A stretch of DNA of 59,278 nucleotides from NCBI GenBank assembly GCA_018607365.1, contig JABBBT010000033.1:1-59278 (forward strand), given 5' to 3'. Every line of letters starts with the position of its first letter. The stretch's first letter is position 1. Below are positions 48,007 to 58,371 of this stretch, in pieces. Both the position numbers and the translations under genes were made by a program. The notes beneath the pieces are model-generated. The model was given only the letters and a program-made list of their open reading frames with translations, was not told where the DNA came from and did no database searches. The DNA is from SAR86 cluster bacterium (GTDB taxonomy: Bacteria > Pseudomonadota > Gammaproteobacteria > Magnimaribacterales > D2472).

Positions 48007-49827
48007 ATCACACTCAAAGCAATAAGCTAGTACACTTTTTTCTTTAGGATTGATTAACTTGAAGTGTTTCGGTAGGACTGAGTTAAGAAAATCAATTCTT
48101 GGATCAGAGCTAATTTTAAAATCTACTTTTTCCAGAAGCCCATTAATAAATAATTCAAATGGATCCATTGGTTTTTCATACGTCTTCAGATTATAGTCAG
48201 TTATCTCTGCCATATTTGCAGCAGATGATATGGCTTCCTCTAAACCACCAATAGCATCTACAAGCCCTAGTTCGAACGCTTTATTTCCAGCCCAAATTCT
48301 TCCACCAGCTATAGGAAGAACATCTTCATATGCCATGTCTCTATTATTAGCTACTTTAGTAACAAATTTGAAATAAGTGTTATCAATACTGGCTTGAATC
48401 ATAGTTTTGACATTATCTGGCATTGCTAATCTTTCATCCCATTCTCCAGCTTTTGTTGAACTAACCCCGTCCACTCGAATTTCAGCCCAATCATATAAGC
48501 CATCTAAAGTTGGAACAATTCCATAAACCCCAATCGACCCAGTAAGAGTATCGTTTTCTGCCCATATCTCATCTGAGTTTGTTGTAACCCAGACTCCACC
48601 AGATGCAGCTATATCTCCCATTGAAGAAACAATTGGTCTTCCTGTATTTTTAAATTCATCTAATGCATTAGTAATTAATTCACTTGCCCAGACATCACCA
48701 CCAGGACTATTCACTCTTAACACCATTGCTTTAACTGAATCATCGTCTGTAGCATCTTGTATATTCTTTACAATAGTATCTGAGCCAGCAACACCATAAG
48801 CTACCTCACCTGTCATAATCGCACCCTCTACATTTATAACAGCAATATTATTAGAAGATTTATTTTCTTTTTCATCTAATGTGGAAAGGTAGTCATATAT
48901 TGAAATGCTATCAGGAAAAGAGAACCTATCATCTTCATTATTTGGATATTCACTGAACATCCAAGCTTTTAGCTCTTCCCTTGTAACAACATGATCAACA
49001 AGGCCTAAGTTTTTTGCAACTTCAGCTGTTTCAGGGTTAGTAGTCATCATTTCCATGGCATTGTCGCCATAATTTTGGATAGACCCTTTAGGTAAATCTC
49101 TACCTGTTTCCATAATAGAAGTCATTTTTTTCCACATAGGGTTTGCAAACTCATTCCAAGCTAATTTATCAGCATCTGACATTGAATCTCTTGTATATGG
49201 CTCTGGACCAGATTTAAAATCTCCTGCAGTAAAAATATTAAAATTTAGTTTTATATTCTCATAAAAATCTACGTAATATTCTCTTTTTCTAGAAAAACCA
49301 AAAGCTTCAACACCGCCATAGTTGTTAACAAAAACTTCATTAGCTTGCGAGCTAATAAGATATGCATTATTTCCATAACCTTCAGCGTAAGCGATTACTC
49401 TTTTCCCACTATCTTTAACATGCTTAACAGCATCTGCAAGCTTAAATGCTGAAGACCAATACATTCCCAGTTCAGAAACGTTTAAATATACCGCGCTTAA
49501 ATCATCATCAGTTGCTGCATTATTTAACACATCTAGTAAATCCTGAAGTTCATGTTGCTCAACTTGCCCACCTCCAGAAATAATTTGATCTAATGAAATA
49601 TCACTACTGTTCACTCCTGAGTCAACAACAACGCCAATAGGCTTAAACCAAAGAATCTTATCTTTTGTATCTACTTTTTCTTCCCCACCAAATGAAGATG
49701 CTAGTCCACCCAAGATTGAAAAGGTCAGAACAACAAGAACTATTGCGGTCACACTGTTTAGTAATATTTTTCTTGTTAACGCTAGGAAATCACTAGCCTT
49801 ATTCCATATTGATTTATTGTTACTCAT
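47998..49827 (-). CDS. sppA: Signal peptide peptidase SppA (long form)
   Basis: LRVNSPGG, SMGDIAASGG, TGSIGV, GGRIWAG. Confidence 0.94.
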   Translation of the reverse strand: MSNNKSIWNKASDFLALTRKILLNSVTAIVLVVLTFSILGGLASSFGGEEKVDTKDKILWFKPIGVVVDSGVNSSDISLDQIISGGGQVEQHELQDLLDVLNNAATDDDLSAVYLNVSELGMYWSSAFKLADAVKHVKDSGKRVIAYAEGYGNNAYLISSQANEVFVNNYGGVEAFGFSRKREYYVDFYENIKLNFNIFTAGDFKSGPEPYTRDSMSDADKLAWNEFANPMWKKMTSIMETGRDLPKGSIQNYGDNAMEMMTTNPETAEVAKNLGLVDHVVTREELKAWMFSEYPNNEDDRFSFPDSISIYDYLSTLDEKENKSSNNIAVINVEGAIMTGEVAYGVAGSDTIVKNIQDATDDDSVKAMVLRVNSPGGDVWASELITNALDEFKNTGRPIVSSMGDIAASGGVWVTTNSDEIWAENDTLTGSIGVYGIVPTLDGLYDWAEIRVDGVSSTKAGEWDERLAMPDNVKTMIQASIDNTYFKFVTKVANNRDMAYEDVLPIAGGRIWAGNKAFELGLVDAIGGLEEAISSAANMAEITDYNLKTYEKPMDPFELFINGLLEKVDFKISSDPRIDFLNSVLPKHFKLINPKEKSVLAYCFECDLE

Positions 49828-49889
49828 ATTTTTTTCTCCAAAAATTGATAATCATATTAGTAGATGTATTTAATATTGTAAAGTTAACT

Positions 49890-50219
49890 TTACATATTTC
49901 TTAATGTTCTAGGACCATAAAGACAATGAATAAAGAACAAAATTATTAAAATTATCTCACTAAGATCAAGAAAATGAGGAACTATTCCAAATACTCGCAA
50001 CGATGCTGATAGAAAATAAATTAACAGAATAAAACAAAAGCTTTGATACGACTTTACAGAGTTGATCTTTGCAAAGAAATAAAAAACTATAAAAGGGGAA
50101 ACCCAGATAATAAAAAAAATAAAATTAATCTTGTAGCTCACTAATGCAAGCAACTTTATAGAAACTAAAAGCAATATAAAAATATTAGTAATTTTTTTGT
50201 ATTTAGAAACACTAAGCAT
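49890..50219 (-). CDS. Membrane protein, DUF2069-like
   Basis: Four TM segments, YQSFCFILLIYF; immediately downstream of wrbA. Confidence 0.65.
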   Translation of the reverse strand: MLSVSKYKKITNIFILLLVSIKLLALVSYKINFIFFIIWVSPFIVFYFFAKINSVKSYQSFCFILLIYFLSASLRVFGIVPHFLDLSEIILIILFFIHCLYGPRTLRNM

Positions 50220-50808
50220 TAAAAACCTTAATAAGATTTGTTATTCTTTTTCCTGTCTCTTTGGCAATCAAATACTCCTCAGGCGTTAATGAATTGGAAT
50301 TATTTACACTTTCAACATGAGAGGGCCCATAAGGCGTTCCTCCAGATTGGGTTTCTCCAAGCTCTTTTATTGAATAGGGTGTTCCATGAATAATCATTCC
50401 ATGATGCAGCATGTATGTAATTAGATTATATAGAGTTGATTCTTGACCTCCATGCATTGAGCTTGTTGATGTAAATGCAAATCCAGGTATTCCTTCAAGT
50501 GCATTAGCTGCCCAAAGGTCACCAGTTGTATCAAGAAAATATTTCATGGGCGCAGCCATAGAACCAAACCTAGTTGGAGACCCAAGTGCTAGACCACTGC
50601 AGTTAATTAGATCTTCTTTTGTGCAGTAGACTTCATCTTGATCTGGTATTTTTGATTCTGTAGCCTCACTTACCGCAGACACTTTTGGAACAGTTCTAAT
50701 CTTAACCTCTACTCCACCTGATTCAGCGCCATCTGCTATTGCATGAGCTAGGTTTCTAACAGAACCACCAGCTGAATAAAAAAGAATTAGTAAATATTTA
50801 TTTTCCAT
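50212..50808 (-). CDS. wrbA: NAD(P)H:quinone oxidoreductase WrbA
   Basis: LGSPTRFG, FTSTSSMHGGQE, GGTPYG. Confidence 0.93.
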   Translation of the reverse strand: MENKYLLILFYSAGGSVRNLAHAIADGAESGGVEVKIRTVPKVSAVSEATESKIPDQDEVYCTKEDLINCSGLALGSPTRFGSMAAPMKYFLDTTGDLWAANALEGIPGFAFTSTSSMHGGQESTLYNLITYMLHHGMIIHGTPYSIKELGETQSGGTPYGPSHVESVNNSNSLTPEEYLIAKETGKRITNLIKVFNA

Positions 50809-50835
50809 ATCTGATAATTAGCCTAAAATGTCTGA

Positions 50836-51288
50836 ATGAATAATAAAATTATAACCTTCTTCTGTCTTATCTTTTTAATGGGATGTCAAAATAATGACAT
50901 TGAGGTCCTCAACGGGTCTGATACATCTTTTGGCAAACTTCAGGGTAAATGGATTGTTGTTAATTATTGGGCAGACTGGTGCGCGCCATGTATAAAAGAA
51001 ATTCCAGAGTTAGTAGAATTTGCTGAAGAAAATAAAGATATCCTTGTTTATGCCTTTAACTTTGATGAGTTAGACTCTGACGATCTTGCTCCTATTGCTA
51101 AAAAATTTAAAGTAGATATCCCATCACTGATATCTCATCCAAGAGAGATTTGGGGGATTCAAACGCCGCCAGCAGTTCCAGCTACTTTTTTTATTAACCC
51201 CGAAGGAGTTTTAGTAAAATCATTTTTTAGACCCCAAACAAAAGATAGTCTCAATGAAATCTTAGATGGACTCCAAAAGAGTGCTTAA
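50836..51288 (+). CDS. TlpA-family thiol-disulfide reductase lipoprotein
   Basis: Lipobox LMGC, NYWADWCAPCIKEIP, VPATF. Confidence 0.9.
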   Translation: MNNKIITFFCLIFLMGCQNNDIEVLNGSDTSFGKLQGKWIVVNYWADWCAPCIKEIPELVEFAEENKDILVYAFNFDELDSDDLAPIAKKFKVDIPSLISHPREIWGIQTPPAVPATFFINPEGVLVKSFFRPQTKDSLNEILDGLQKSA

Positions 51289-52059
51289 ATAATTGTCTTT
51301 TAGCAAAGATTCTGGATTGATTCTTATCTCGTTTAAATAAACAGTCCAATGCAAATGTGGTCCTGTAACTCTTCCTGTTGAGCCAACTTTACCTATGAGA
51401 TCTGATTGTTTAACAATATCCCCTTTGTTAACAAGAATTTCAGAAAGATGGCTATAAGATGAAAGCAACCCATAGCCATGATCTAGAATTATATAATTCC
51501 CTCCATAAAAAAAATTACCTGTAAGAATTACTTTTCCATATGCAGGAGCAATAATTGGCGACCCCTCTGGAGCTGCTATATCTAATGCTAGGTGTGGAGA
51601 TCTAGGAGAGTTATTGATGAATCTTTTTTTACCATATCGACTAGAGATTATTCCCTCAACAGGACTTATAAAATCAAGAAGTGGCTTAAAGTTATTAGAG
51701 TAGGTTTTTACAGCATCTTTTATAAGTCTAGATTCTTTATAAGCTCTAGCTGCATCCTCATTATTTAGGTCTACTTGAGAAAGGTTATCTATTGTTATTC
51801 TTGACTCTCCAAAATCTTTTTTTTGAATATTGATCTGTATGTCATACAAGTCCAAAGATAGATTGGTATTGTTATAAGGAATTGGAATAATAATAACTTT
51901 ATTAAGATCATCCTCAACAACCAATTCATTAGAGATTATATTTTCAGTAGATTTTTTTAGCTTAATTGCAATTAATTCACCAGGTATTGCAGAATATTCA
52001 GCATTAATTAGCAAAGTAAAAGTATATAGAAAACAGAGTAAGAGTTTATTTTTTATCAC
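51262..52059 (-). CDS. M23 family metallopeptidase
   Basis: HLALD (HxxxD), TGRVTGPHLHW. Confidence 0.92.
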   Translation of the reverse strand: MIKNKLLLCFLYTFTLLINAEYSAIPGELIAIKLKKSTENIISNELVVEDDLNKVIIIPIPYNNTNLSLDLYDIQINIQKKDFGESRITIDNLSQVDLNNEDAARAYKESRLIKDAVKTYSNNFKPLLDFISPVEGIISSRYGKKRFINNSPRSPHLALDIAAPEGSPIIAPAYGKVILTGNFFYGGNYIILDHGYGLLSSYSHLSEILVNKGDIVKQSDLIGKVGSTGRVTGPHLHWTVYLNEIRINPESLLKDNYLSTLLESI

Positions 52060-53413
52060 TAGTATTTTTAACCTCCATATCTAGAAAACCCTCACTAAGT
52101 CTTGCGGTAAGATTTTCGCCTACAAGAACATCAGAGTTAGTTTTTATAGCCTGGCCATTTTTATTTTGGATAATGGCATAACCTCTATCAAGAATTGATA
52201 ATGGATTTAAGATAAGCAGGTTTTTATTTGATTCTTTTATTTTTAGCTCTTTAATAGAGAGCTTATTTTTAATATTAATCTCAATTAGTTTTGATATATT
52301 TTTAATTCTAGAATCTAGCTTTTGAAGAAGGTTTTTAGGGTTGCGCTCCATCAATCTAGAATAATAAGTATTTAATTTTTGAAATTCTGTTTTAGTATTA
52401 AATTGTATATTCTGTTTTAACCTAAGCTCAAAGCTATCTAGCTTTTGGTTTTGTTCTCTTAGCTTTATTAGTGGGCTTTTTAAATCAGACTTTATTGAAT
52501 TTATTGCATGTCTCTTCAATTTAAATAAGTGAGATGCTCTGGATACTAATTTTTCAAAATAATCTTCAAGCCTGTCAAAGGCTTTAAAATTAAATTCAGT
52601 AACTAATTCTGCTGCTGCTGTTGGTGTTGGAGATCGTGTATCTGAAACGAAGTCGCAAATTGTAAAATCTATTTCATGCCCTACGCCTGATATTGTTGGT
52701 ATTGGAAACGCAAATATCTCTCTAGCAAGCTCTTCATTGTTAAAACACCATAAATCCTCTATAGAGCCACCGCCGCGTGAAAGTATGACCACATCAATTG
52801 GGTTGTCTTTGTTATTCTCATTGAATAACAATATTCTGTTTAGTGCTTTTATCATTGTTCTAGGAGCAGTATCACCTTGGACAACAGATTTACTTAAGGT
52901 GACTTGAGCTGAAGGGGCTCGTCTTTGAATAGTGCTTAATATATCTTGAAAAGCTGCTGTTGACGATGATGTTATTACTCCAATATGTTTTGGTGAGTCT
53001 GGGAGATGAAGTTTATTTTCTAAATCAAACAAACCTTCGTTATCAAGTTTCTTTTTAAGATCTTCGAACTGCTGCATTAGGTTGCCAGAACCTGCTTGTT
53101 CAATAGATTTAACCATTAACTGATATCTACCTGAGGCCGGGTATATGCTTACCTGCCCTTTAAGTATGCACTTGTCTCCATTTTCAGGATTAAAATTTAG
53201 TTTTGATGCTTGAGATCTCCACATTGCACATCCAATGGCACCATCTTCATCTTTTAATGTGAAATAAATGTGACCTGAACTAGGTCGAGACATGTTGGAT
53301 ATTTCACCAACAACCGAAATATTGTTAAACGCATTTTCTAATAAATATTTCGCAGATCTATTTAACTCTCCTACAGAGATAATTTCTATTTTCTGATCTA
53401 CAATGTTATTCAT
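52046..53413 (-). CDS. xseA: Exodeoxyribonuclease VII large subunit
   Basis: GEISN, SGHIYFTLKD, RGGGSIEDLWCFN, GVGHEIDFT, TPTAAAE. Confidence 0.96.
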   Translation of the reverse strand: MNNIVDQKIEIISVGELNRSAKYLLENAFNNISVVGEISNMSRPSSGHIYFTLKDEDGAIGCAMWRSQASKLNFNPENGDKCILKGQVSIYPASGRYQLMVKSIEQAGSGNLMQQFEDLKKKLDNEGLFDLENKLHLPDSPKHIGVITSSSTAAFQDILSTIQRRAPSAQVTLSKSVVQGDTAPRTMIKALNRILLFNENNKDNPIDVVILSRGGGSIEDLWCFNNEELAREIFAFPIPTISGVGHEIDFTICDFVSDTRSPTPTAAAELVTEFNFKAFDRLEDYFEKLVSRASHLFKLKRHAINSIKSDLKSPLIKLREQNQKLDSFELRLKQNIQFNTKTEFQKLNTYYSRLMERNPKNLLQKLDSRIKNISKLIEINIKNKLSIKELKIKESNKNLLILNPLSILDRGYAIIQNKNGQAIKTNSDVLVGENLTARLSEGFLDMEVKNTSDKK

Positions 53414-53430
53414 TTTCAAATTATAACTTC

Positions 53431-54312
53431 ATGATTAATAATTTTCAGCGTTCAAATTATTTTCTTATGCTAGCAACAGGCGCAATGCTAATTGGTTTTG
53501 CTCCAATATTTGTTAAATGGAGTGAATTGTCCCCATCTTCTATAATGTTTTACAGAATGGTGTTTACATTACCATTCTTATTTATCTTAAATTTTTACCT
53601 CAATAAAAAAATCTCATTTAGCTTAAAAAATAAAAAAACTATATTTTATTCTGCGATAGCATCCATGGCTTTTACCTTTGATTTAGTTTTGTGGCACTAT
53701 GCAATGGATATAACCTCAGTTTCAAATGCAACAATTATTGTAAATTCTGCACCCATACTAATAGCTATCTTGAGCTATATCTTTTTTAAAGAGAAGCCCT
53801 CTAAAGGTTTTGCATCATCATTTTTCATCACCTATATTGGTATTATTGGACTAATAATCTTTTCAAATAATTATCTTAACGGAAAAATACTAGGGGATAT
53901 TTTATGTCTATTTGCTGCACTTGGTTATGCGGTATATTTGTTAATAATATCTAAGCTTGGAAAAGAAACTGCATTAAACATAATATTTTATACAACCTTA
54001 TTTTGTAGTATTTTTGCTCTTATACCAATGCTTCTTGAATCTGGTAACAAATTTCCAACAACAAGTTTTGAATGGAAGAATTTATTCTTGCTAGCTTTTT
54101 TATGTCAGTTTGGGGGACAATTTTTAATTACATATGGTATTGCAAATATATCAGCATCTAGTGGTTCCATAGGTTTATTAATGCAGCCATTAACAGCAAC
54201 AATTTTAGCCTCATTTATCTTTTCAGAAATATTAAATACCAATCAAATACTATTTGTACTCATTACTCTTTTTGGTATTTATAGAGCTAGAATAAGCCTT
54301 TCAAAAAATTAA
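53431..54312 (+). CDS. DMT/EamA family transporter
   Basis: About 10 TM helices, two EamA-like repeats. Confidence 0.88.
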   Translation: MINNFQRSNYFLMLATGAMLIGFAPIFVKWSELSPSSIMFYRMVFTLPFLFILNFYLNKKISFSLKNKKTIFYSAIASMAFTFDLVLWHYAMDITSVSNATIIVNSAPILIAILSYIFFKEKPSKGFASSFFITYIGIIGLIIFSNNYLNGKILGDILCLFAALGYAVYLLIISKLGKETALNIIFYTTLFCSIFALIPMLLESGNKFPTTSFEWKNLFLLAFLCQFGGQFLITYGIANISASSGSIGLLMQPLTATILASFIFSEILNTNQILFVLITLFGIYRARISLSKN

Positions 54313-54421
54313 ATTGTCATCAATTAAGCATATTATTTTTATAAATATAATAGTATTATTAGCAGCCTAATTTAATGGTTAAAAATTAATACCAAGTTTT
54401 GAACTTTAATTAGACAAAAAA

Positions 54422-54498
54422 GGGTGATTAGCTCAGTTTGGTAGAGCATCTCGTTTACACCGAGAGGGTCGGCAGTTCGAACCTGTCATCACCCACCA
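54422..54498 (+). tRNA. tRNA-Val(TAC)
   Basis: GGGTGAT/ATCACCC acceptor, TCTCG-TTTACAC-CGAGA, GTTCGA, CCA. Confidence 0.97.
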
Positions 54499-54546
54499 TT
54501 TGAGTTGAATTTTTATTATTTATATATATTATTCACTCAACTAAGT

Positions 54547-54621
54547 GGTCCGGTAGTTAAACGGTTATAATTCCGCCCTGTCACGGCGGTGTTCGGGGTT
54601 CGATTCCCCGTCAGACCGCCA
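54547..54621 (+). tRNA. tRNA-Asp(GTC)
   Basis: CCGCC-CTGTCAC-GGCGG anticodon arm, GTTCGA, G discriminator plus CCA; one acceptor-stem mismatch. Confidence 0.93.
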
Positions 54622-54628
54622 CTTTATT

Positions 54629-55036
54629 ATGAATATTATTACTTTAAGCCTTTTAATACTTATCTACTCTTTGGTTTTAGGTATTATATTTGCCCAAGTA
54701 ATACTTACAGCACCTGTGGTATTCAAAGTTCTCGATAATCAAAACGCATCTTTATTTCTTAGAAAAATTTTTCCTAGATATTATTTATTGCTAACACTTT
54801 TAACTCTCCTAGCGCTATTAATCTCATATCTTTTTTTTGACACTATTGATATTTATTTAGCCTTAACGGCTGTTTCTTTTTCTTTTCTTGGTTATATTAT
54901 TATTCCAGTAACAAATGCATCTAGAGACAGAGGCTGGGACAAGTTATTTAAAGGGCTTCATAACTTGAGTGTGCTTAATACTCTGATAATCTTATTAATA
55001 TCTATCACTCAAGTTGTTAGAGTTTCTTTTTTATAA
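54629..55036 (+). CDS. Membrane protein, DUF4149-like
   Basis: APVVFKVL, FLRKIFPRYY, FKGLHNLSV. Confidence 0.78.
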   Translation: MNIITLSLLILIYSLVLGIIFAQVILTAPVVFKVLDNQNASLFLRKIFPRYYLLLTLLTLLALLISYLFFDTIDIYLALTAVSFSFLGYIIIPVTNASRDRGWDKLFKGLHNLSVLNTLIILLISITQVVRVSFL

Positions 55037-55048
55037 TTCTACCCAACA

Positions 55049-55076
55049 CTTGAATTTTATAATTTCAACACCAATT
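55049..55076 (+). promoter_or_regulatory. Sigma32 (RpoH)-like promoter of htpG
   Basis: CTTGAA-14 nt-CACCAATT upstream of AAGGAG RBS and htpG. Confidence 0.7.
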
Positions 55077-55099
55077 AATAGCTAATTAAAGGAGTTAAT

Positions 55100-56923
55100 A
55101 TGGCTAGAGCAAAAACAAAGACATTTCAGACAGAAACTAAGCAGCTGTTAAAGCTGATGATTCACTCTTTATATTCAAATAAAGAAATCTTCTTAAGAGA
55201 GCTTGTATCTAATGCATCAGATGCGATTGATAAATTAAGATTCAAATCGGTAGAGGACAAATCAATTTCAAAAATGAACAATGATTTAAAGATCGATGTA
55301 AAAATTTTTAAAGATGAAAATAAAATTGTTATTTCTGATAATGGAATTGGGATGTCAGAAGAAGAAATTATCCAAAATATTGGAACAATTGCTAGATCTG
55401 GTACATCATCTTTTCTTGACAATATTACAGGCGATAAACAAAAAGATTCAAATCTTATCGGTCAATTTGGTGTGGGTTTCTACTCTGTGTTTATGGTGGC
55501 AGATAGAGTACAAGTCCTATCAAAATCTGCATATGAATCGTCTAATGAGGCCATATTATGGGAAAGCTCTGGTGAAGAAAAATATAAACTTGAGCAATCA
55601 ACTAAAGAATCTAATGGCACAGATATTATTATATATTTAAACGAAGACAATCATGAGTTTGCTGAAGAAGGTAGAGTTAAATTTTTGCTAGAAAAATATT
55701 CCCAATATATAAATTTCCCTTTAAATCTAATTTCCGAATCAGGTGAGGTAAATAGAATAAACGATTCAGAGGCTTTATGGTTAAAACCAAAAAGATCAAT
55801 AAAAGATGAGGAATATAATGACTTTTACAAATTCACTACATTTGATCAAGAAGATCCTTTGTTTTGGGTGCATAACAAAGTTGAAGGTAAGAGTGAATAT
55901 ACTAATTTATTATATGTTCCATCTAAACCGCCTTTTGACTTATGGAATAGAGAGTCACCCAGAGGTGTAAAACTTTATATACAAAGAGTATTTATAATGG
56001 ATGATGCATCACATTTCCTTCCTTTATATTTAAGATTTGTTAGAGGTATCATCGATACCAGCGACCTTCCATTGAATGTTTCGAGAGAAATTCTTCAAGA
56101 GCATCACTTGGTTGATACGATTAAAAAAGGCGTTACAAAAAAGATACTAGACTCGTTGGTAGCATTAAAGAAAGACTCTTTTGATAAATATAAAAATTTC
56201 TGGAAAGAGTATGGCTTGGTTCTCAAAGAGGGAACTGCCGAGGATTTTGAAAATAAAGAATTAATTGCAAGCCTTTTATTGTTTTCATCAACTTATTCCG
56301 AAAAGGATTCTCCAGAAAACACACTAGATGACTATATCGCGAGAATGACAGAGGATGATAATAAAATATATTATTGTGTAGCTGATACATATCAAGCAGC
56401 AGCTAATTCTCCTCACATAGAGGGCTTAAAATCTAAAGGGAAAGAAGTTTTATTATTAACTGATAGAATTGATGAATGGCTAATGACTGGTCTTATTGAA
56501 TATAAAGGTAAGGAGTTGGTCAATGCAGCAAAAGAGGAGATAACCGAAGCGGAACAGAAAAAAGTTTCAGAGTCAGATCAAGATCTAGTTTCTAAAATAA
56601 AAAAACATCTGGATAGCAAGGTTTCTGAGGTTATAGTAAGTTCTAGATTAACAGATTCTGCCTCATGTTTAGTTGTCCCTAAAAATGAACCAGGGGCTCA
56701 ATTAAGAAGAATTTTAGAGGCCTCAGGACAAACCATGGAAGCGTCTAATCCAATTTTTGAAATTAACTCAAAACATAAGCTATTAAAAAAGCTTAAAGAT
56801 CTTAAGGGTAAGCAATTTAACTCATTTGTAGATTTCCTATATGACTATGCTGTTATTGCGGAAGGTGGATCTCCTCAAGACCCTTCAAAATACCTAAGAC
56901 AGCTTGATAAATATTTATCATAA
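55100..56923 (+). CDS. htpG: Molecular chaperone HtpG (Hsp90)
   Basis: YSNKEIFLRELVSNASDA, DNGIGM, IGQFGVGFYS, LPLNVSRE. Confidence 0.97.
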   Translation: MARAKTKTFQTETKQLLKLMIHSLYSNKEIFLRELVSNASDAIDKLRFKSVEDKSISKMNNDLKIDVKIFKDENKIVISDNGIGMSEEEIIQNIGTIARSGTSSFLDNITGDKQKDSNLIGQFGVGFYSVFMVADRVQVLSKSAYESSNEAILWESSGEEKYKLEQSTKESNGTDIIIYLNEDNHEFAEEGRVKFLLEKYSQYINFPLNLISESGEVNRINDSEALWLKPKRSIKDEEYNDFYKFTTFDQEDPLFWVHNKVEGKSEYTNLLYVPSKPPFDLWNRESPRGVKLYIQRVFIMDDASHFLPLYLRFVRGIIDTSDLPLNVSREILQEHHLVDTIKKGVTKKILDSLVALKKDSFDKYKNFWKEYGLVLKEGTAEDFENKELIASLLLFSSTYSEKDSPENTLDDYIARMTEDDNKIYYCVADTYQAAANSPHIEGLKSKGKEVLLLTDRIDEWLMTGLIEYKGKELVNAAKEEITEAEQKKVSESDQDLVSKIKKHLDSKVSEVIVSSRLTDSASCLVVPKNEPGAQLRRILEASGQTMEASNPIFEINSKHKLLKKLKDLKGKQFNSFVDFLYDYAVIAEGGSPQDPSKYLRQLDKYLS

Positions 56924-56925
56924 TT

Positions 56926-57951
56926 ATGATTACAAACAAAGTTGCAGTTTTAGGTGGAGGAAGTTTTGGAACAGTTCTTGCAAATATTGCAGCTTCCAAT
57001 GGAAGTGATGTATATCTTTGGGTCAGAGATTCAGAACAGGCATTAAGAATCAACTCCGAAGGCGCAAACTCTGTTTATCATCCGGAATTACAGTTATCTT
57101 CAAATATCCATGCATCTGAAGATTTAGATGAGGTCATCAAAGGCTCATCAATTATTTTAGTTGCGACCCCAAGTCTAATATTTGAGAATATTATTCAAAG
57201 AATAGCACCTAAAATTAATAAAGGGGCTCATATCATTTCATGTACCAAAGGTATTAAATTAGATCCATTCAGATCTATGTCAGATATTATTTCAACAAAC
57301 ATAAATATCAATGATAATCAGATCGGGGTTTTAAGCGGTCCTAACTTAGCAAGAGAGATAGCTGAGAACAAAGTATCTGGAACTGTTATAGCCAGTAGCA
57401 GTAAAGATTTAATAAATGATGTTAAAGAAATTCTCTCCTCAGAAACATTTAAGGTTTATTCAAGTGATGACTTACAGGGTGTTGAATTAGCAGGAGCATT
57501 AAAGAATATCTATGCCATTATATGTGGCATGGCAGATTCCATGGAAGTTGGAGAAAATGCATTAGGATTAATTTTAACTAGAAGTATGGCAGAAATGAGT
57601 AGGTTTGCAGTAGCGAAGGGAGCAAACCCAATAACTTTTCTAGGTCTTGCAGGCATGGGCGACTTAGTCGCAACATGTACTTCTAACCTTTCAAGAAACT
57701 ACCAACTTGGGTATCATCTAGGAACTGGTTTAAATTTAGAAAGCGCAAAAGAAAAAGTAGGTCAAGTAGCAGAGGGCATCAGAACACTTGAAGTTATAAA
57801 AAATGAATCATCGAGCCTTGGTATTAAAATGCCACTTGTCGATTCTTTGTATAATATTATTTATGAATCAGCTGAAACCAAGACATTGATTGATGATCTT
57901 GTTAATAATCCGAACGAAGTTGATGTAGAATTTAAACATAGAGGAAATTAA
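56926..57951 (+). CDS. gpsA: NAD(P)H-dependent glycerol-3-phosphate dehydrogenase
   Basis: GGGSFGT, SGPNLA, GALKN, GMGDLVATCTSNLSRN. Confidence 0.95.
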   Translation: MITNKVAVLGGGSFGTVLANIAASNGSDVYLWVRDSEQALRINSEGANSVYHPELQLSSNIHASEDLDEVIKGSSIILVATPSLIFENIIQRIAPKINKGAHIISCTKGIKLDPFRSMSDIISTNININDNQIGVLSGPNLAREIAENKVSGTVIASSSKDLINDVKEILSSETFKVYSSDDLQGVELAGALKNIYAIICGMADSMEVGENALGLILTRSMAEMSRFAVAKGANPITFLGLAGMGDLVATCTSNLSRNYQLGYHLGTGLNLESAKEKVGQVAEGIRTLEVIKNESSSLGIKMPLVDSLYNIIYESAETKTLIDDLVNNPNEVDVEFKHRGN

Positions 57952-57954
57952 ATT

Positions 57955-58371
57955 ATGGAAATTAATAGAGAAGAAGTTAAAGAAGAAGTTTTTAAATTAG
58001 GAAAATGGACTCGTTTTGTCTTTATGTTTTTCTATGCATTTGTATTAAATTTTGTTATTTCTGTATCTATTGGTCTTGCTTTTATTCAGTTCTTATTTTA
58101 CTTATTCACCTCTAAGGTTAATGAGTCCTTATCTGATTTTAACAATCACTTATTTTTGTTTGTAAGTGATACTCTAAAATTTCTTCTGTTTGAAACAGAT
58201 GATAAGCCTTTCCCTTTTAAGAAGTCGAAAGAGTCTGAAGAAGATTCACATGAAGTTGTTGATGGCGAGGTAAATGAAGTACAAGATGCCTCTGAAGATG
58301 TTATTGAATCAGATGAGGTTGAAGAAGTATCAGAAGAAGTCGTTCAGGCTGAAGAGGACTCTAAGTCTTAA
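57955..58371 (+). CDS. DUF4389-like membrane protein with acidic C-terminal tail
   Basis: WTRFVFM...IQFLFYLFT...[13 protein letters not shown], then about 45 Glu/Asp-rich residues. Confidence 0.78.
   Translation: MEINREEVKEEVFKLGKWTRFVFMFFYAFVLNFVISVSIGLAFIQFLFYLFTSKVNESLSDFNNHLFLFVSDTLKFLLFETDDKPFPFKKSKESEEDSHEVVDGEVNEVQDASEDVIESDEVEEVSEEVVQAEEDSKS

Noticed and set aside
55050-55068. TTGAA...TTCAA dyad upstream of htpG as a CIRCE operator
   Set aside because: Does not match TTAGCACTC-N9-GAGTGCTAA; largely explained by the sigma32 -35 element in AT-rich DNA.
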